IMG/VR virus record: IMGVR_UViG_3300023296_000874
Coordinates: 1 to 64,000 of that record
DNA length: 64,000 bases
Strand: one strand, 5' to 3'
Shown: positions 17,369-26,521 of the stretch, in pieces
Layout of the letters: each line of letters opens with the position of its first letter
Numbering within the stretch: the first letter of the stretch is position 1
The notes under the pieces: generated by a model
The model's database searches: none
Told to the model about the DNA's origin: nothing
What the model saw: only the letters and a program-made list of their open reading frames with translations
Made by a program: the position numbers and the translations under genes

Positions 17369-19659
17369 CCCACTGCCTGCCCGCGAGTGAACATCTGGTG
17401 GCTCTGCGCGTAGGTGGTGCGGCAGACGTTGATCTGCTGCCTGATGGCCGCGTTCCCGAGCGTGCTCGTCAGAGCCGCTTCCACGAGATCAGGAGTGACG
17501 CAAGTCTTCTCCGCAACGTGAGCCATCACGGTAGCCTTGACGCCGTCCTGCAAGTCGAACACGTTCATGCCGTCGAGCATTGCTACCGCCTCCTTGGCGT
17601 GCTCCGTGTGGTCCACGATGTAGTTCCGCATCATGGTGAGCCACACCTCGTCGATCACCTTCCGGATCACGTCGCCGCACGCACCTTCCAAGAGCTCAGC
17701 CCACAGCTCGTAGTGCTGGTCCAGGCCGTCCTCAACGGGGAGGAAGTTCTCGATGTAGTGCCGAAGGGTGTTGGTCCGGTCCTCGAGCGTCATCTCACCC
17801 ACGATCTCAACGCGGCTGAAGCGGCGCAACATGGGCGTCGGGATGCGCTGCGGGTGGTTGGTGGCTCCCCAGATCGTGATGCCGGGGTACGCAACCACAC
17901 CGTCCATGAGGTTCTGGAACTCCAGGCTCAGGTCAACGCGGCGGCTCAGGTCACCCTGGTCGCTCAGCACCATGTCGATCTCGTCAATCAGGATGTGAAC
18001 CTGCTTGCCGCTCTGCTTCCGGATCTTGATGGCGTGGTCGAAGAGCCGCTTCGGGTTCTTCTGCGCCTCGCCCATCCAGCAGGTCAGGAAGTCGGAGCCC
18101 ACCGCGAAGATCGAGATGCTGTCCTCGTGGGTAGCCATGGCCCGCATCACCTGCGTCTTGCCACAGCCCTGAGGGCCAACGAGAAGGATGTTGTTCTTGT
18201 CCGTGCTGCCGGAGGGCGAGGTGATGAGGAAGAGGTTGCCCCACTCGGTCGCGTCCTTCTGTCCTTCCACGAAGTCCCGTAGGTCGGCATAGCCGGAGCC
18301 CCAGATGTTCTCGAGGCTCACGTTGGGACGCTCGCCGGGGATCACCTCGAGTGCGCCGGGTGCTTCGCCGCCGAACTGGTTGCCAGTGCCAATCTTGCAC
18401 ACGAAGAAGCCGTTGGTGTCGTACAGGAACTTCCGCTCGTCCATCTTGAGGGTGAGTACCTGCTCCACGATGGCCTTGAGGTCGTCCCCGGTCCAGAGGC
18501 ACTCGGCTACGGCGCTGAGGCTCGTCTGGAGGTGCTCCTGGGCAAACAGGTCGGTCCGGCTGAGCATCTTGGTGCCTGGGCGTACCTGAATCTGGCTGAA
18601 GTCGAGCAACTCAAGCTCGTCCGCGAGGGTCCGGTACGACTCTCCGGTGCTCTTGCGGTGGATGCTCAGCCGGTAGAGGTCGATGCCGATGTTGTCCGCG
18701 CAAATCTTCGCCACCTCAGAGAGTGTGTCGAGGGTTTCGTGGAGCTGTCCGTAGAGCTGAAGCAGGGCGGCGATAGGCTCGAGCAGCAGGTTCCGGTTGA
18801 CGGGGTTGCGGATCGCTTCGCAGAGGTCAGCCAGCCGCTGCACGGTGAAGGCGGTCAGGTCCTCGCGGGAGGAGCCGTGGTCGATCTCACCCATCTTGTC
18901 GATGTTGTTCCACACCAGCAGAGCGAGGTCCGTGAGTACGGGGTCAGGGTCACGCCAAGTGGCCGTCACCATTGCGTGTCCGTCGGCGTGGCGCTTGCGG
19001 AGGAGCTGGAAGTAGTTGCTCACCGCCTGAGCAGTCTGCCGGGTGAGTCCGTCGTAGGCAGCCGGTGCCTGCAACAGCACGTGAACTCCCGCCACGAAGG
19101 AGGAGGTCGCGCCACGGTTGAGCTGCTGCTCAAGGGCGAGCTCTCGTAGAGCGTCACCACGTCCCTCGCCCAACTTCTTGAGCAGAGCGGCGGCGGTCTC
19201 TTCCTTGAGGCCCGCTTCGGCAACCTCGGTTCCGAGCTGGTCCATGGTGTCGTCGAAGCTGACGACGTTGGCACCGTTCATCAAGTCCACGGCGCGGATC
19301 ACACCGTCGTACATCACTTCCATGCCGGTGTACGCTTGGAGCAGGATGGACACGGGGCCGAAGGAGCTTGCGCCCGCACCCTTGAACATGTCCTCGGGCT
19401 CGCCGAAGGTCATCTGCTGGGTGCGTTGGGCGCTGCGGTTGTAGCTCTCGCTACCGAGCCGCTTGGCAATCGCCTCAAGGCTTTCCTTGCCGAGGCGGAT
19501 CTGGTCGACGGTGTTGGGCAGGTTGCCCAGCATGTCACGCAAGCCGCCCGCGATCCCCGACTTGATCACCTGAACGGTCCGGGCGTACCGGATGGGGTCA
19601 GAGATGGAGGCTTCGCGGGCCAGTACAGATGCGATGATGCTATCTACGTCGTTGTTCAA
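17365..19659 (-). CDS. AAA+ ATPase with ~450-aa uncharacterised N-terminal region
   Basis: Walker A GPQGCGKT, Walker B ILIDEID, SRH ATNHPQRIPTPMLRRF; TTG start after GGAGCACCAC. Confidence 0.9.
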   Translation of the reverse strand: MNNDVDSIIASVLAREASISDPIRYARTVQVIKSGIAGGLRDMLGNLPNTVDQIRLGKESLEAIAKRLGSESYNRSAQRTQQMTFGEPEDMFKGAGASSFGPVSILLQAYTGMEVMYDGVIRAVDLMNGANVVSFDDTMDQLGTEVAEAGLKEETAAALLKKLGEGRGDALRELALEQQLNRGATSSFVAGVHVLLQAPAAYDGLTRQTAQAVSNYFQLLRKRHADGHAMVTATWRDPDPVLTDLALLVWNNIDKMGEIDHGSSREDLTAFTVQRLADLCEAIRNPVNRNLLLEPIAALLQLYGQLHETLDTLSEVAKICADNIGIDLYRLSIHRKSTGESYRTLADELELLDFSQIQVRPGTKMLSRTDLFAQEHLQTSLSAVAECLWTGDDLKAIVEQVLTLKMDERKFLYDTNGFFVCKIGTGNQFGGEAPGALEVIPGERPNVSLENIWGSGYADLRDFVEGQKDATEWGNLFLITSPSGSTDKNNILLVGPQGCGKTQVMRAMATHEDSISIFAVGSDFLTCWMGEAQKNPKRLFDHAIKIRKQSGKQVHILIDEIDMVLSDQGDLSRRVDLSLEFQNLMDGVVAYPGITIWGATNHPQRIPTPMLRRFSRVEIVGEMTLEDRTNTLRHYIENFLPVEDGLDQHYELWAELLEGACGDVIRKVIDEVWLTMMRNYIVDHTEHAKEAVAMLDGMNVFDLQDGVKATVMAHVAEKTCVTPDLVEAALTSTLGNAAIRQQINVCRTTYAQSHQMFTRGQAVG

Positions 19660-19722
19660 GTGGTGCTCCGCACTTCAGGGTGTTGGCTCTATGACGCCAA
19701 GCAGTTCCTGATTCACGGTTTT

Positions 19723-20181
19723 CTATCTACGGGGGAGCCCCTGATAGAAGACAGCCAAGGGGCCAGTCAGCACGTCTGCTACATCGAACGCAGCCGAGGG
19801 TGGAGCAGGGAAGCCGTACATGCGCTCACGTAGGCAGGCATCCAACTCCGGCGACCAACGGCTTGTCACAATGTCCGCCATCTCCCTCCGGAGGTCAGCG
19901 TCAAGCGTGGGGTCGAGGATGGTGATGACGGAGTATAGAGCATTCTCTTGAAGCGACATGGTCTGCAAGGCAGCACCTACGTCCTCCAGGGTGTCGTACT
20001 CAAGGTCGTCAGTGACGAGCCTGTTGTGGGAGTTTGTCATGCGGATGTGCCGTGAGGCGGTCCGTTGGTCCACTCCACGCTCATACTCAACCACGCCGCT
20101 GCGGAGCCACACGAAGTCGAAGGTCTCACCTGTATCTACTACAGCGAGGCCACCGATCGCGTTGAAACCTGCCTTCATCAC
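19723..20181 (-). CDS. hypothetical protein
   Basis: 152-aa ORF following infC. Confidence 0.65.
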   Translation of the reverse strand: MMKAGFNAIGGLAVVDTGETFDFVWLRSGVVEYERGVDQRTASRHIRMTNSHNRLVTDDLEYDTLEDVGAALQTMSLQENALYSVITILDPTLDADLRREMADIVTSRWSPELDACLRERMYGFPAPPSAAFDVADVLTGPLAVFYQGLPRR

Positions 20182-20186
20182 TCACC

Positions 20187-20720
20187 TCAAGAAATGGGTA
20201 CCAACAGCGTACTCATGGAGTTGCCCTGGAACGAGATCTTGCTCTCCACCTTGGCAACGTCGGCCAGGGCCTCGATCACCTTCATCATCTGCGCTTGACC
20301 CACGTCGCGTCTACGCATCTCACGACGGCGGAAGCGTACTTCGACCTTCACCCGACTGCCCTCGCTGATGAACTGTCGGATCTTGCGGACCTTGGTGTCA
20401 AAGTCGTGGGTGTCCGTAGTGGGACGGAACTTGATCTCACGCACGGAGTTGGCAGCAGAGTTCCTCCGCTGCTCCTTCTTGGCCTTCTGGCTCGCGTACC
20501 GCATCTTCCCGAAGTCGACAATCTTGCAGACGGGCGGGGTGGCATCGGGGGACACTTCAACAAGGTCAAGCCCTGCGTCCTGCGCGCGGTTGTACGCGTC
20601 ACGGGTCATGAAGATGCCAAGTTGGCGTCCCGTCTCGTCAATGAGACGTACGCGGGTTGCTCGGATTTCTCGATTGCGGCGAGGCCCATTATCGGGACTC
20701 TTATCACGGCGAGGGGGCAC
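20187..20720 (-). CDS. infC: translation initiation factor IF-3
   Basis: NREIRATRVRLIDE...GLDLVEVSPDATPPVCKIVDFGKMRY...VREIKFRP...KVKVEVRFRRRE-type signatures; GTG start after AGGAG. Confidence 0.95.
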   Translation of the reverse strand: MPPRRDKSPDNGPRRNREIRATRVRLIDETGRQLGIFMTRDAYNRAQDAGLDLVEVSPDATPPVCKIVDFGKMRYASQKAKKEQRRNSAANSVREIKFRPTTDTHDFDTKVRKIRQFISEGSRVKVEVRFRRREMRRRDVGQAQMMKVIEALADVAKVESKISFQGNSMSTLLVPIS

Positions 20721-20802
20721 GAATTCTACTCCTATGTGTCCATCTCACACCCACAGGTGAATCCTGTCGAGTGGGGGATGGTTTTGGTGTGGTTGCAGTC
20801 TC

Positions 20803-21618
20803 TCACGAACTTGCACCAGAGAACACCTGCTGAGGGTTCTCGATGATGCGGCGTTGCCAGGGAGGGATGTGCGTAGCGGTTACCCAGTGAAGGGAGATCA
20901 TGATGAGGATTGCGCCGACGTCGTGTGGGCAAAAGTAGTGGATCCAATGTGGGTCCGGTACAGCATACCCGGCGAATATCGCACTCAGGCGGATCAGAGT
21001 AACGGCTATGAAAGAAAGTACCACGACAAACAGGAAGAAGGTGCGCTGTCCCACTGCGCCCCACACTACCTTCTGGTCTTTCTGACTGATCGCTCCGTTG
21101 TAGTTGGCCTCACCCTCATCCTCGAAGGCGCGGCGGTAGAGGTACCTCAGCTCGTCCTTGAGAATAATGGGCCAGATGATCATGGTGAAGATGGTCAGGC
21201 CCCGGACGTATGGCTCTGCACTGATTGACAGGGGTCCGAACACCCACAACAGCAGTCCAGTCACCAGCGTCCCGAAGGCAATCACCCACTTCGACAGTGT
21301 GGTCACCTTCTGGAGAAACGTCGCCACCTTGTCGAGCTGAACGTTGATCTTCACGTCCAGAGAAAGGACCGGCACCAACACCTTGAAGATGAAGAAGTAG
21401 AACGCCTTCTCGCGGAGAGTGTGCGGTACGAGCTGCTCTGTGCCGTTCTCAAGCAACAGGTACGGCTTCTCGCACGCCGGACACTCGAGTTTGATCGCGC
21501 GCACCTTGCCATCGGGTGCGCTGCCTTTGAAGGCTTCTGGACAGTCGAACTTGATCTGAACTTTGCACCGGGGGCACTCGGCCCCTACGTGTCCATCCTC
21601 GTGGAAGCGGAGCATCAC
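20803..21618 (-). CDS. Zn-ribbon plus multi-TM membrane protein
   Basis: CPRC...CPAC at N-terminus then 4-5 hydrophobic helices. Confidence 0.7.
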   Translation of the reverse strand: MMLRFHEDGHVGAECPRCKVQIKFDCPEAFKGSAPDGKVRAIKLECPACEKPYLLLENGTEQLVPHTLREKAFYFFIFKVLVPVLSLDVKINVQLDKVATFLQKVTTLSKWVIAFGTLVTGLLLWVFGPLSISAEPYVRGLTIFTMIIWPIILKDELRYLYRRAFEDEGEANYNGAISQKDQKVVWGAVGQRTFFLFVVVLSFIAVTLIRLSAIFAGYAVPDPHWIHYFCPHDVGAILIMISLHWVTATHIPPWQRRIIENPQQVFSGASS

Positions 21619-22298
21619 TCACCTTCGTAGATGTAGCCCTTGTCCTGCTTGCCTTCGATCAGCCGAATGCCGCAGTTCTTGGGGTTGGGTTCGGCGTTGA
21701 GCCATTCAGGGGAGAGGTGCAGCCACATCATCACGAAACAGCGAAGCGTCGTGCCGTGACACACCACGATGATGTTGTCGATTCCGTGCCTGTCGCAGTC
21801 ACGGTGGAACGTGCCGAAGCTCTGATGCACACGAACTGCCACGTCGAAGCGGCTTTCACCACCCCAGGGGCGAGCGTAGAGCCTGCCTTCAGATGCGAGG
21901 CAGCGGTCGTAGTCGTCTGCGATGTGGGGGAAGTGGTCGCGGGTGCTCTCGGAGGCAATGCCGTTGAGGGCTCCGAACTGCTGCTCAACCAAGAGCAGGT
22001 TCTCACGTCGGTCGATGACGTGCTTGGGGTCAAGGCCGCGAACGATGGTGTCCGCCGTCTGACGGGCACGGGCGTAGGGGCTGTTCCACACGCGGTAGCG
22101 GTTGAGGTTGGGCCGCTCATCAAAGCCCTGGCTCTGAGGGTTCTCAGCAAGCCAGGTGTTCAGAGCAACACGGGCGCGCATAGCCTGAGCCACCCCTTCC
22201 TCACTGAGGTCGATGGCGTTGTCGGCAACTCGTCGATACAGCGTCGGGTCGACGTTGCCCTCTGATTCACCGTGACGGATCAGCAAAATACGCTTCAT
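21615..22298 (-). CDS. histidine phosphatase (phosphoglycerate mutase family)
   Basis: LIRHGESEGN, SPYARARQTA, GGESRFDV, VVCHG. Confidence 0.9.
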   Translation of the reverse strand: MKRILLIRHGESEGNVDPTLYRRVADNAIDLSEEGVAQAMRARVALNTWLAENPQSQGFDERPNLNRYRVWNSPYARARQTADTIVRGLDPKHVIDRRENLLLVEQQFGALNGIASESTRDHFPHIADDYDRCLASEGRLYARPWGGESRFDVAVRVHQSFGTFHRDCDRHGIDNIIVVCHGTTLRCFVMMWLHLSPEWLNAEPNPKNCGIRLIEGKQDKGYIYEGE

Positions 22299-22320
22299 GC
22301 AAGTTTCCTCTTGTCGGAGC

Positions 22321-22348
22321 AACGAGTGGTCGCCGTGTGTACTCAGAC
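22321..22348 (-). promoter_or_regulatory. putative phage promoter GTCTGAG-N17-CGTT
   Basis: Motif upstream of ATG 22298 in divergent gap. Confidence 0.65.
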
Positions 22349-22368
22349 ACCGAACCCAAGGAGGAAGC

Positions 22369-22593
22369 GTGAAAAGCTCGAAACGTCTCGCAGTCGTACT
22401 TACCGATCTGGTGCCCCAACGGGTGTTCCTCTACAAGCTGGACGCCATCACCCTCGAGGTGAAGCAACAGCTCCGGGCAGACGTGCGCCTCCGCTTGGCT
22501 GAGACAGGACTCATCAGCTCCTTTGTGATCCCTACCAACATCTCCAAGATTTGCGACGACATCATGTACGTGAAGACCGAGGACATCCTATGA
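22369..22593 (+). CDS. hypothetical protein
   Basis: GTG after AAGGAGG SD; ATGA coupling to 22590. Confidence 0.65.
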   Translation: MKSSKRLAVVLTDLVPQRVFLYKLDAITLEVKQQLRADVRLRLAETGLISSFVIPTNISKICDDIMYVKTEDIL

Positions 22594-22913
22594 GAATCCC
22601 CCTGTTCGCCTTCCACACTCAGCCCGACTTCCCTCAACAGCAGCGCGATCTCGGCTACCCAGTGTTCGCGGCGGTTGTCCCCACGGACGTCGGCCTGGTT
22701 GTCGGACGTGGCTACCGCATCTACAAGGTGGGTGCGGGCAAGTTCCAGGGCACCTGGCAAGCCGTCAACTTTGTTGAGGGTGCCTGGCTCGAGGAGGGTG
22801 ACGAGCTCAGCCTCGGGAAGGCCGTCTGGAACGATGACCGGGACGTGTGGACGTGTGAAGACGAGCCACCCGACGTAGACCAACACCGCGCAGCAATGGA
22901 CGCCTCCGAATGA
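22590..22913 (+). CDS. hypothetical protein
   Basis: ATGA overlaps at both ends. Confidence 0.7.
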   Translation: MRIPLFAFHTQPDFPQQQRDLGYPVFAAVVPTDVGLVVGRGYRIYKVGAGKFQGTWQAVNFVEGAWLEEGDELSLGKAVWNDDRDVWTCEDEPPDVDQHRAAMDASE

Positions 22914-23548
22914 AGCTCAAGCACATCCAGATTCGTATCGAGCAGTGCCTTGCACTCTCCAAAGCCTCCAACTGCCCACGCCGCAAGTTCGGAGCCCTCC
23001 TACTCGACCCTGAGCGCAATGTCATCCTGATGGACGGCTACAACGGTGCTGCTCGTGGCGGCGGCAAGCTGTGTGGGGGAGATTGGTGCCACCGAGACGG
23101 ACTCAAGCCCGAGGACCTGACAGTACACGGCAACGGCGGGGACGATGACATTGAAGACTGCTACATCAAGCAGTTCGGTGAGCACATCTGCCTTCCTGAC
23201 GGCCGTCCGATCTACTGGCGTAAGGACGCCAACGAGCACCGTGCCCATCTGCTCGAGAAGTACGCCCCCATCCAGTCGGGCACTCACATGGAAGTGGGCT
23301 GCCACCATGCAGAGATGAACGTCATCTGCAACTCGGCTGCGAGCGGTACGGCTTCCAACGGTGCCTGGCTCATCGTCACCGGGGAGCCCTGCCTGATGTG
23401 CAGCAAGCTCATCCACCACGCCGGGATCGCCAAGGTGATCGTCGTCGCGAATGGCTACATGGGAGCCAACGGGGTAGAGTACCTCAAGCAGCACGGTGTC
23501 GAAGTGCAGGCCGTTGAAGGACCGACCGACCCACGCTTGGAAACATGA
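22910..23548 (+). CDS. dCMP deaminase family protein with internal insertion
   Basis: SNCPRRKFGA, GYNG, HHAEMNVI, EPCLMC zinc-deaminase motifs. Confidence 0.85.
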   Translation: MKLKHIQIRIEQCLALSKASNCPRRKFGALLLDPERNVILMDGYNGAARGGGKLCGGDWCHRDGLKPEDLTVHGNGGDDDIEDCYIKQFGEHICLPDGRPIYWRKDANEHRAHLLEKYAPIQSGTHMEVGCHHAEMNVICNSAASGTASNGAWLIVTGEPCLMCSKLIHHAGIAKVIVVANGYMGANGVEYLKQHGVEVQAVEGPTDPRLET

Positions 23549-23549
23549 C

Positions 23550-23957
23550 ATGAATGACGCGACGCTGGATGTCACCGTTGCCCACGTCTTCGAGACGTGG
23601 GGTGACAAGCTCCACTCCAGACACGGGGCGAAGCCCTGCTTCATCTGTAAGACGGATACCGAGTGGATCGACATCAGCTTCGAGTGTCGCTTGTGCTCCC
23701 CCGAGTGCGATCGGACCCTGACCCGCCAATGGGCAGAGGACTACAACGCGGCGACGGAGGAGTATGGTCCACCCACGATGGAGGACGCCTTCGACGCCCT
23801 GTTCGAGCTCACCGTGGAAGTGCTAACGGACGAGTCAACGGACCTCGATGGCGAGGCCGTAGACGTGCTGCCGTCCAGTCCACCCGTTGATGCCGCCCCG
23901 GTTGTTCCCAATCTGGAACTCGGCGTCACCGCCCCGGACACCCTTGATGAGGTGTAG
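23550..23957 (+). CDS. hypothetical protein with Zn-finger-like segment and acidic tail
   Basis: CFIC...CRLCSPEC; ATG right after deaminase stop. Confidence 0.6.
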   Translation: MNDATLDVTVAHVFETWGDKLHSRHGAKPCFICKTDTEWIDISFECRLCSPECDRTLTRQWAEDYNAATEEYGPPTMEDAFDALFELTVEVLTDESTDLDGEAVDVLPSSPPVDAAPVVPNLELGVTAPDTLDEV

Positions 23958-24149
23958 GTAGACCTTGCCCTTCACCTTGACGAGGACGATGTCGCCCTTG
24001 CTCAGCTCGGTGTCTGCCGTGATGGGGGTCAACTCCACCTCAGCTCCGTCCTTCACCTTCGGGTGCATGGAGCTACCGCGTGGATGAATGACGGCGTTGG
24101 CTCCCGTCCCCAGCTTCTCAATCGCTGCTTGTGCCCAATTCCTGCCCAT
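23835..24149 (-). CDS. stand-alone S24/S26 peptidase-like domain protein
   Basis: RGSSMHP Ser motif, GDIVLVKV...YLHLIK, GNNRGGINGW. Confidence 0.7.
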   Translation of the reverse strand: MGRNWAQAAIEKLGTGANAVIHPRGSSMHPKVKDGAEVELTPITADTELSKGDIVLVKVKGKVYLHLIKGVRGGDAEFQIGNNRGGINGWTGRQHVYGLAIEVR

Positions 24150-24864
24150 CTTCGTCCTCCTCTACACCCAACAGCAATGTCATGCGGTCGGGTGGGTCAG
24201 CTACGGGACCCTCGGCGCGTAGCACCTCAGCCAGTAGTCTGTTCAGTTCATGCGCCCCATCGTCAACGGGGGCCGATGTTGCCACTTCGTCAAGCAGTGC
24301 CGAGCTGATGTTCCTGAGCAGGTTGTTCGCCTGATCAGATCCAAGGTCGAACCTGTAGGTCTGCCCCTCAAGGCTCGCCGTGACGCGGTTGCGCTCATTC
24401 AGTACCCCATTGAGTCTTAGGATCTCTTCTTGGAAGCGGGTGTTGCGTTGACGTAGTCCTTGGTTCTCACCCGCATACCGCGCCAGTGCCTCAGCGTTCG
24501 GGGTAGCGTTCTCACGCAGCGATCTCACCTCTTCAGCAAGCTCATCACCGCGAGAGGCCTCAGCGTCAGCGCCGGAGACGTAGCCCCGTACCTCCATGGC
24601 GAGTCGTGCATCGGGAACGTTCCCGCCGAGTGCTTCACGCACGGCAGCGAGAGTCCCAATCGCCAACTGGGTCTCTACTACGGAGTCCTCATACCGGTTC
24701 ATCGCGGACTGAGCTTCCTCGGTCCACAGACTCAGCTCGCTCTGGTGGCGGGCCAGTGCTTGCGTGTGCCTTCGGTCTGAGATCCGGTACTTCACGTACC
24801 AGAACACCAACGCGCACGTCGCAATCCCGTAGATGATCCAGTAACCGTTAGACACCTCCTCCAT
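24118..24864 (-). CDS. N-terminally anchored coiled-coil protein with C-terminal DRMTLLLG tag
   Basis: TM helix at residues ~8-26 then long heptad region. Confidence 0.75.
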   Translation of the reverse strand: MEEVSNGYWIIYGIATCALVFWYVKYRISDRRHTQALARHQSELSLWTEEAQSAMNRYEDSVVETQLAIGTLAAVREALGGNVPDARLAMEVRGYVSGADAEASRGDELAEEVRSLRENATPNAEALARYAGENQGLRQRNTRFQEEILRLNGVLNERNRVTASLEGQTYRFDLGSDQANNLLRNISSALLDEVATSAPVDDGAHELNRLLAEVLRAEGPVADPPDRMTLLLGVEEDEDGQELGTSSD

Positions 24865-24890
24865 ATCAGTCCTCCATATCAGTCCTCCAT
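24857..24890 (-). repeat. 13-bp tandem repeat (~2.6 copies) forming two M-E-D-stop mini-ORFs before the 24864 start
   Basis: Minus strand reads ATGGAGGACTGAT ATGGAGGACTGAT ATGGAGGAG. Confidence 0.85.
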
Positions 24891-25009
24891 CAAGAGGGCT
24901 TCACGGCTCAAGGCCACAGGCTCTCTTGCGGGTTAGTACCCCGCGTCCTGGGTGTGAGGATATCGCACCATTCGGTAGTAGAGAATCAGGAAGACCGGAA
25001 CCCAGAGCG

Positions 25010-25642
25010 CTACCGTGCCAGCCGCAACCACAGGCCTCGAAGCGAGCTTCGCGCCTTTGCAAACAACCTTCCGAAGAGTCCGGACCATGTGTCCTCCATG
25101 AGATAGTCGTATACCTCAACCATGCGATCGACATCAGTAAGTGCGTCGTGCGCTCCATCATTGGAAACGCCGTAGTAGGCGCACACATTCCTCAAGGACA
25201 CCGACTTCATGCCGTTGGTGGAGTCGAAATACGGTACCCAGGCCAGAGTCACAGTGTCAATCTTGTGGTAGTCCCCGGTCCACTCTACGCCCTCGTGCCG
25301 GTCCCACTCCTTCTCGAGCATTCCCCAGTCGAAGGTGATGTTGTGGGCTACGAAGATTGCACCGGCAGTCATCTCGCAGTACTCACGCATCGCCGTCTCG
25401 TGGCTGACAACGCCGTGCGCTTCCCAAGCCGCGTGCGTGTACCCATTGATCTCCAGCGCCTTGCTGTCGGCCTTGTCCGGCCACCGAGGGTGCATGAACC
25501 ACTCCTTGCGGTGGAGCTGTTCACCGGAGGGTGAGCGGACTACTACGCCGATGCTGATGATCTCATGCTCGACCGGATCGAGGCCCGTGGTTTCAGTGTC
25601 TGTGAATGCAAGGTTGCGGTCCCGTGCAGCGATGTACGCCAT
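25010..25642 (-). CDS. DEDDh 3'-5' exonuclease (DnaQ-like)
   Basis: FTDTETTGLDP, EIISIG, VAHNITFD, HDALTDV. Confidence 0.9.
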   Translation of the reverse strand: MAYIAARDRNLAFTDTETTGLDPVEHEIISIGVVVRSPSGEQLHRKEWFMHPRWPDKADSKALEINGYTHAAWEAHGVVSHETAMREYCEMTAGAIFVAHNITFDWGMLEKEWDRHEGVEWTGDYHKIDTVTLAWVPYFDSTNGMKSVSLRNVCAYYGVSNDGAHDALTDVDRMVEVYDYLMEDTWSGLFGRLFAKARSSLRGLWLRLAR

Positions 25643-25649
25643 GTGTGTG

Positions 25650-25673
25650 TCCTCTTTGTTGTTTGAAAGAGGA
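25650..25673 (-). promoter_or_regulatory. 8-bp stem-loop occluding the exonuclease SD
   Basis: TCCTCTTT-N8-AAAGAGGA; 3' arm on minus strand is the SD of ATG 25642. Confidence 0.55.
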
Positions 25674-25703
25674 ACATGGAGTTTCAGCCGACCGCAGCGA
25701 TTC

Positions 25704-26174
25704 TTAGATCTCCGCTGCGCGTGGGTGGTTGCACACGAGCCTGTTCCCTGTCAGCTCAGATCGGAAGGGGCAGGAAGCACAGGTCAAGTCGACGAGTACA
25801 AACAAGGGTCGCCCGCTCTCTTCAGCGGTCTTGGGGCAGCGCACGCAGTGGAGGAGGGTCATGTCGGTACCCTCGCCTACCTCAAGCTGGCTCAGCTCGT
25901 CGAGGATCTGCTGCCTACGTTCGGAGCTCTCAGGGAACAGCACCGAGATGTCCACGTTGAGGCGGTCAGCCATACGCTGAGGAGCTGCCCGCCAGTTGCC
26001 GGTGGAGGTGATGGGGTCCTGCTCGCCAATCATGTAGCGCTCGACAGTGCCGTGCCCCGGTCGGGAGAACTTGCGGACGTAGTCCCGTGCGTTGAAAATG
26101 CCTTGCTTTTCCATCTCAAGAACCAGCGTGTTCTTATCCATCATGCAGCCGCCTTTTCGTTGGTGCCAAAGCAC
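25704..26174 (-). CDS. possible HTH plus Zn-binding protein
   Basis: RMADRLNVDISVLF HTH-like segment; CVRC, CASC, CNHP; GTG after AGGAGG. Confidence 0.6.
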   Translation of the reverse strand: MLWHQRKGGCMMDKNTLVLEMEKQGIFNARDYVRKFSRPGHGTVERYMIGEQDPITSTGNWRAAPQRMADRLNVDISVLFPESSERRQQILDELSQLEVGEGTDMTLLHCVRCPKTAEESGRPLFVLVDLTCASCPFRSELTGNRLVCNHPRAAEI

Positions 26175-26521
26175 CGGGGTTTCCTCCTAAAACGCTGTCC
26201 GGCCCAGGTTCAGGTCCCAGAAATGGAGGAAAAGGCAGCGGGTGGAAAGTCAGACCCACAGCGACGAAACCTCACCGGAAAACCCATGAGGTTTGTACAT
26301 CACATGCCGAAGCACACGCTTTCCGGCACCTATACAGATGTATGAATATGGAACGGCCTGCGAGCGGATGTGACCTCTGATTAGTCATTCCAGAGGTCAT
26401 GTGCCGCGCCGATTGTAGCCGGTTCGTCGGGGAAGGACGGACCACGAACGCAGAAGCCGCTCCGTCCACCAGTGCAGGTGGGTTTCGGAGCGGCTTCTTG
26501 GGTATTTTGGGTTTTCCCGGT

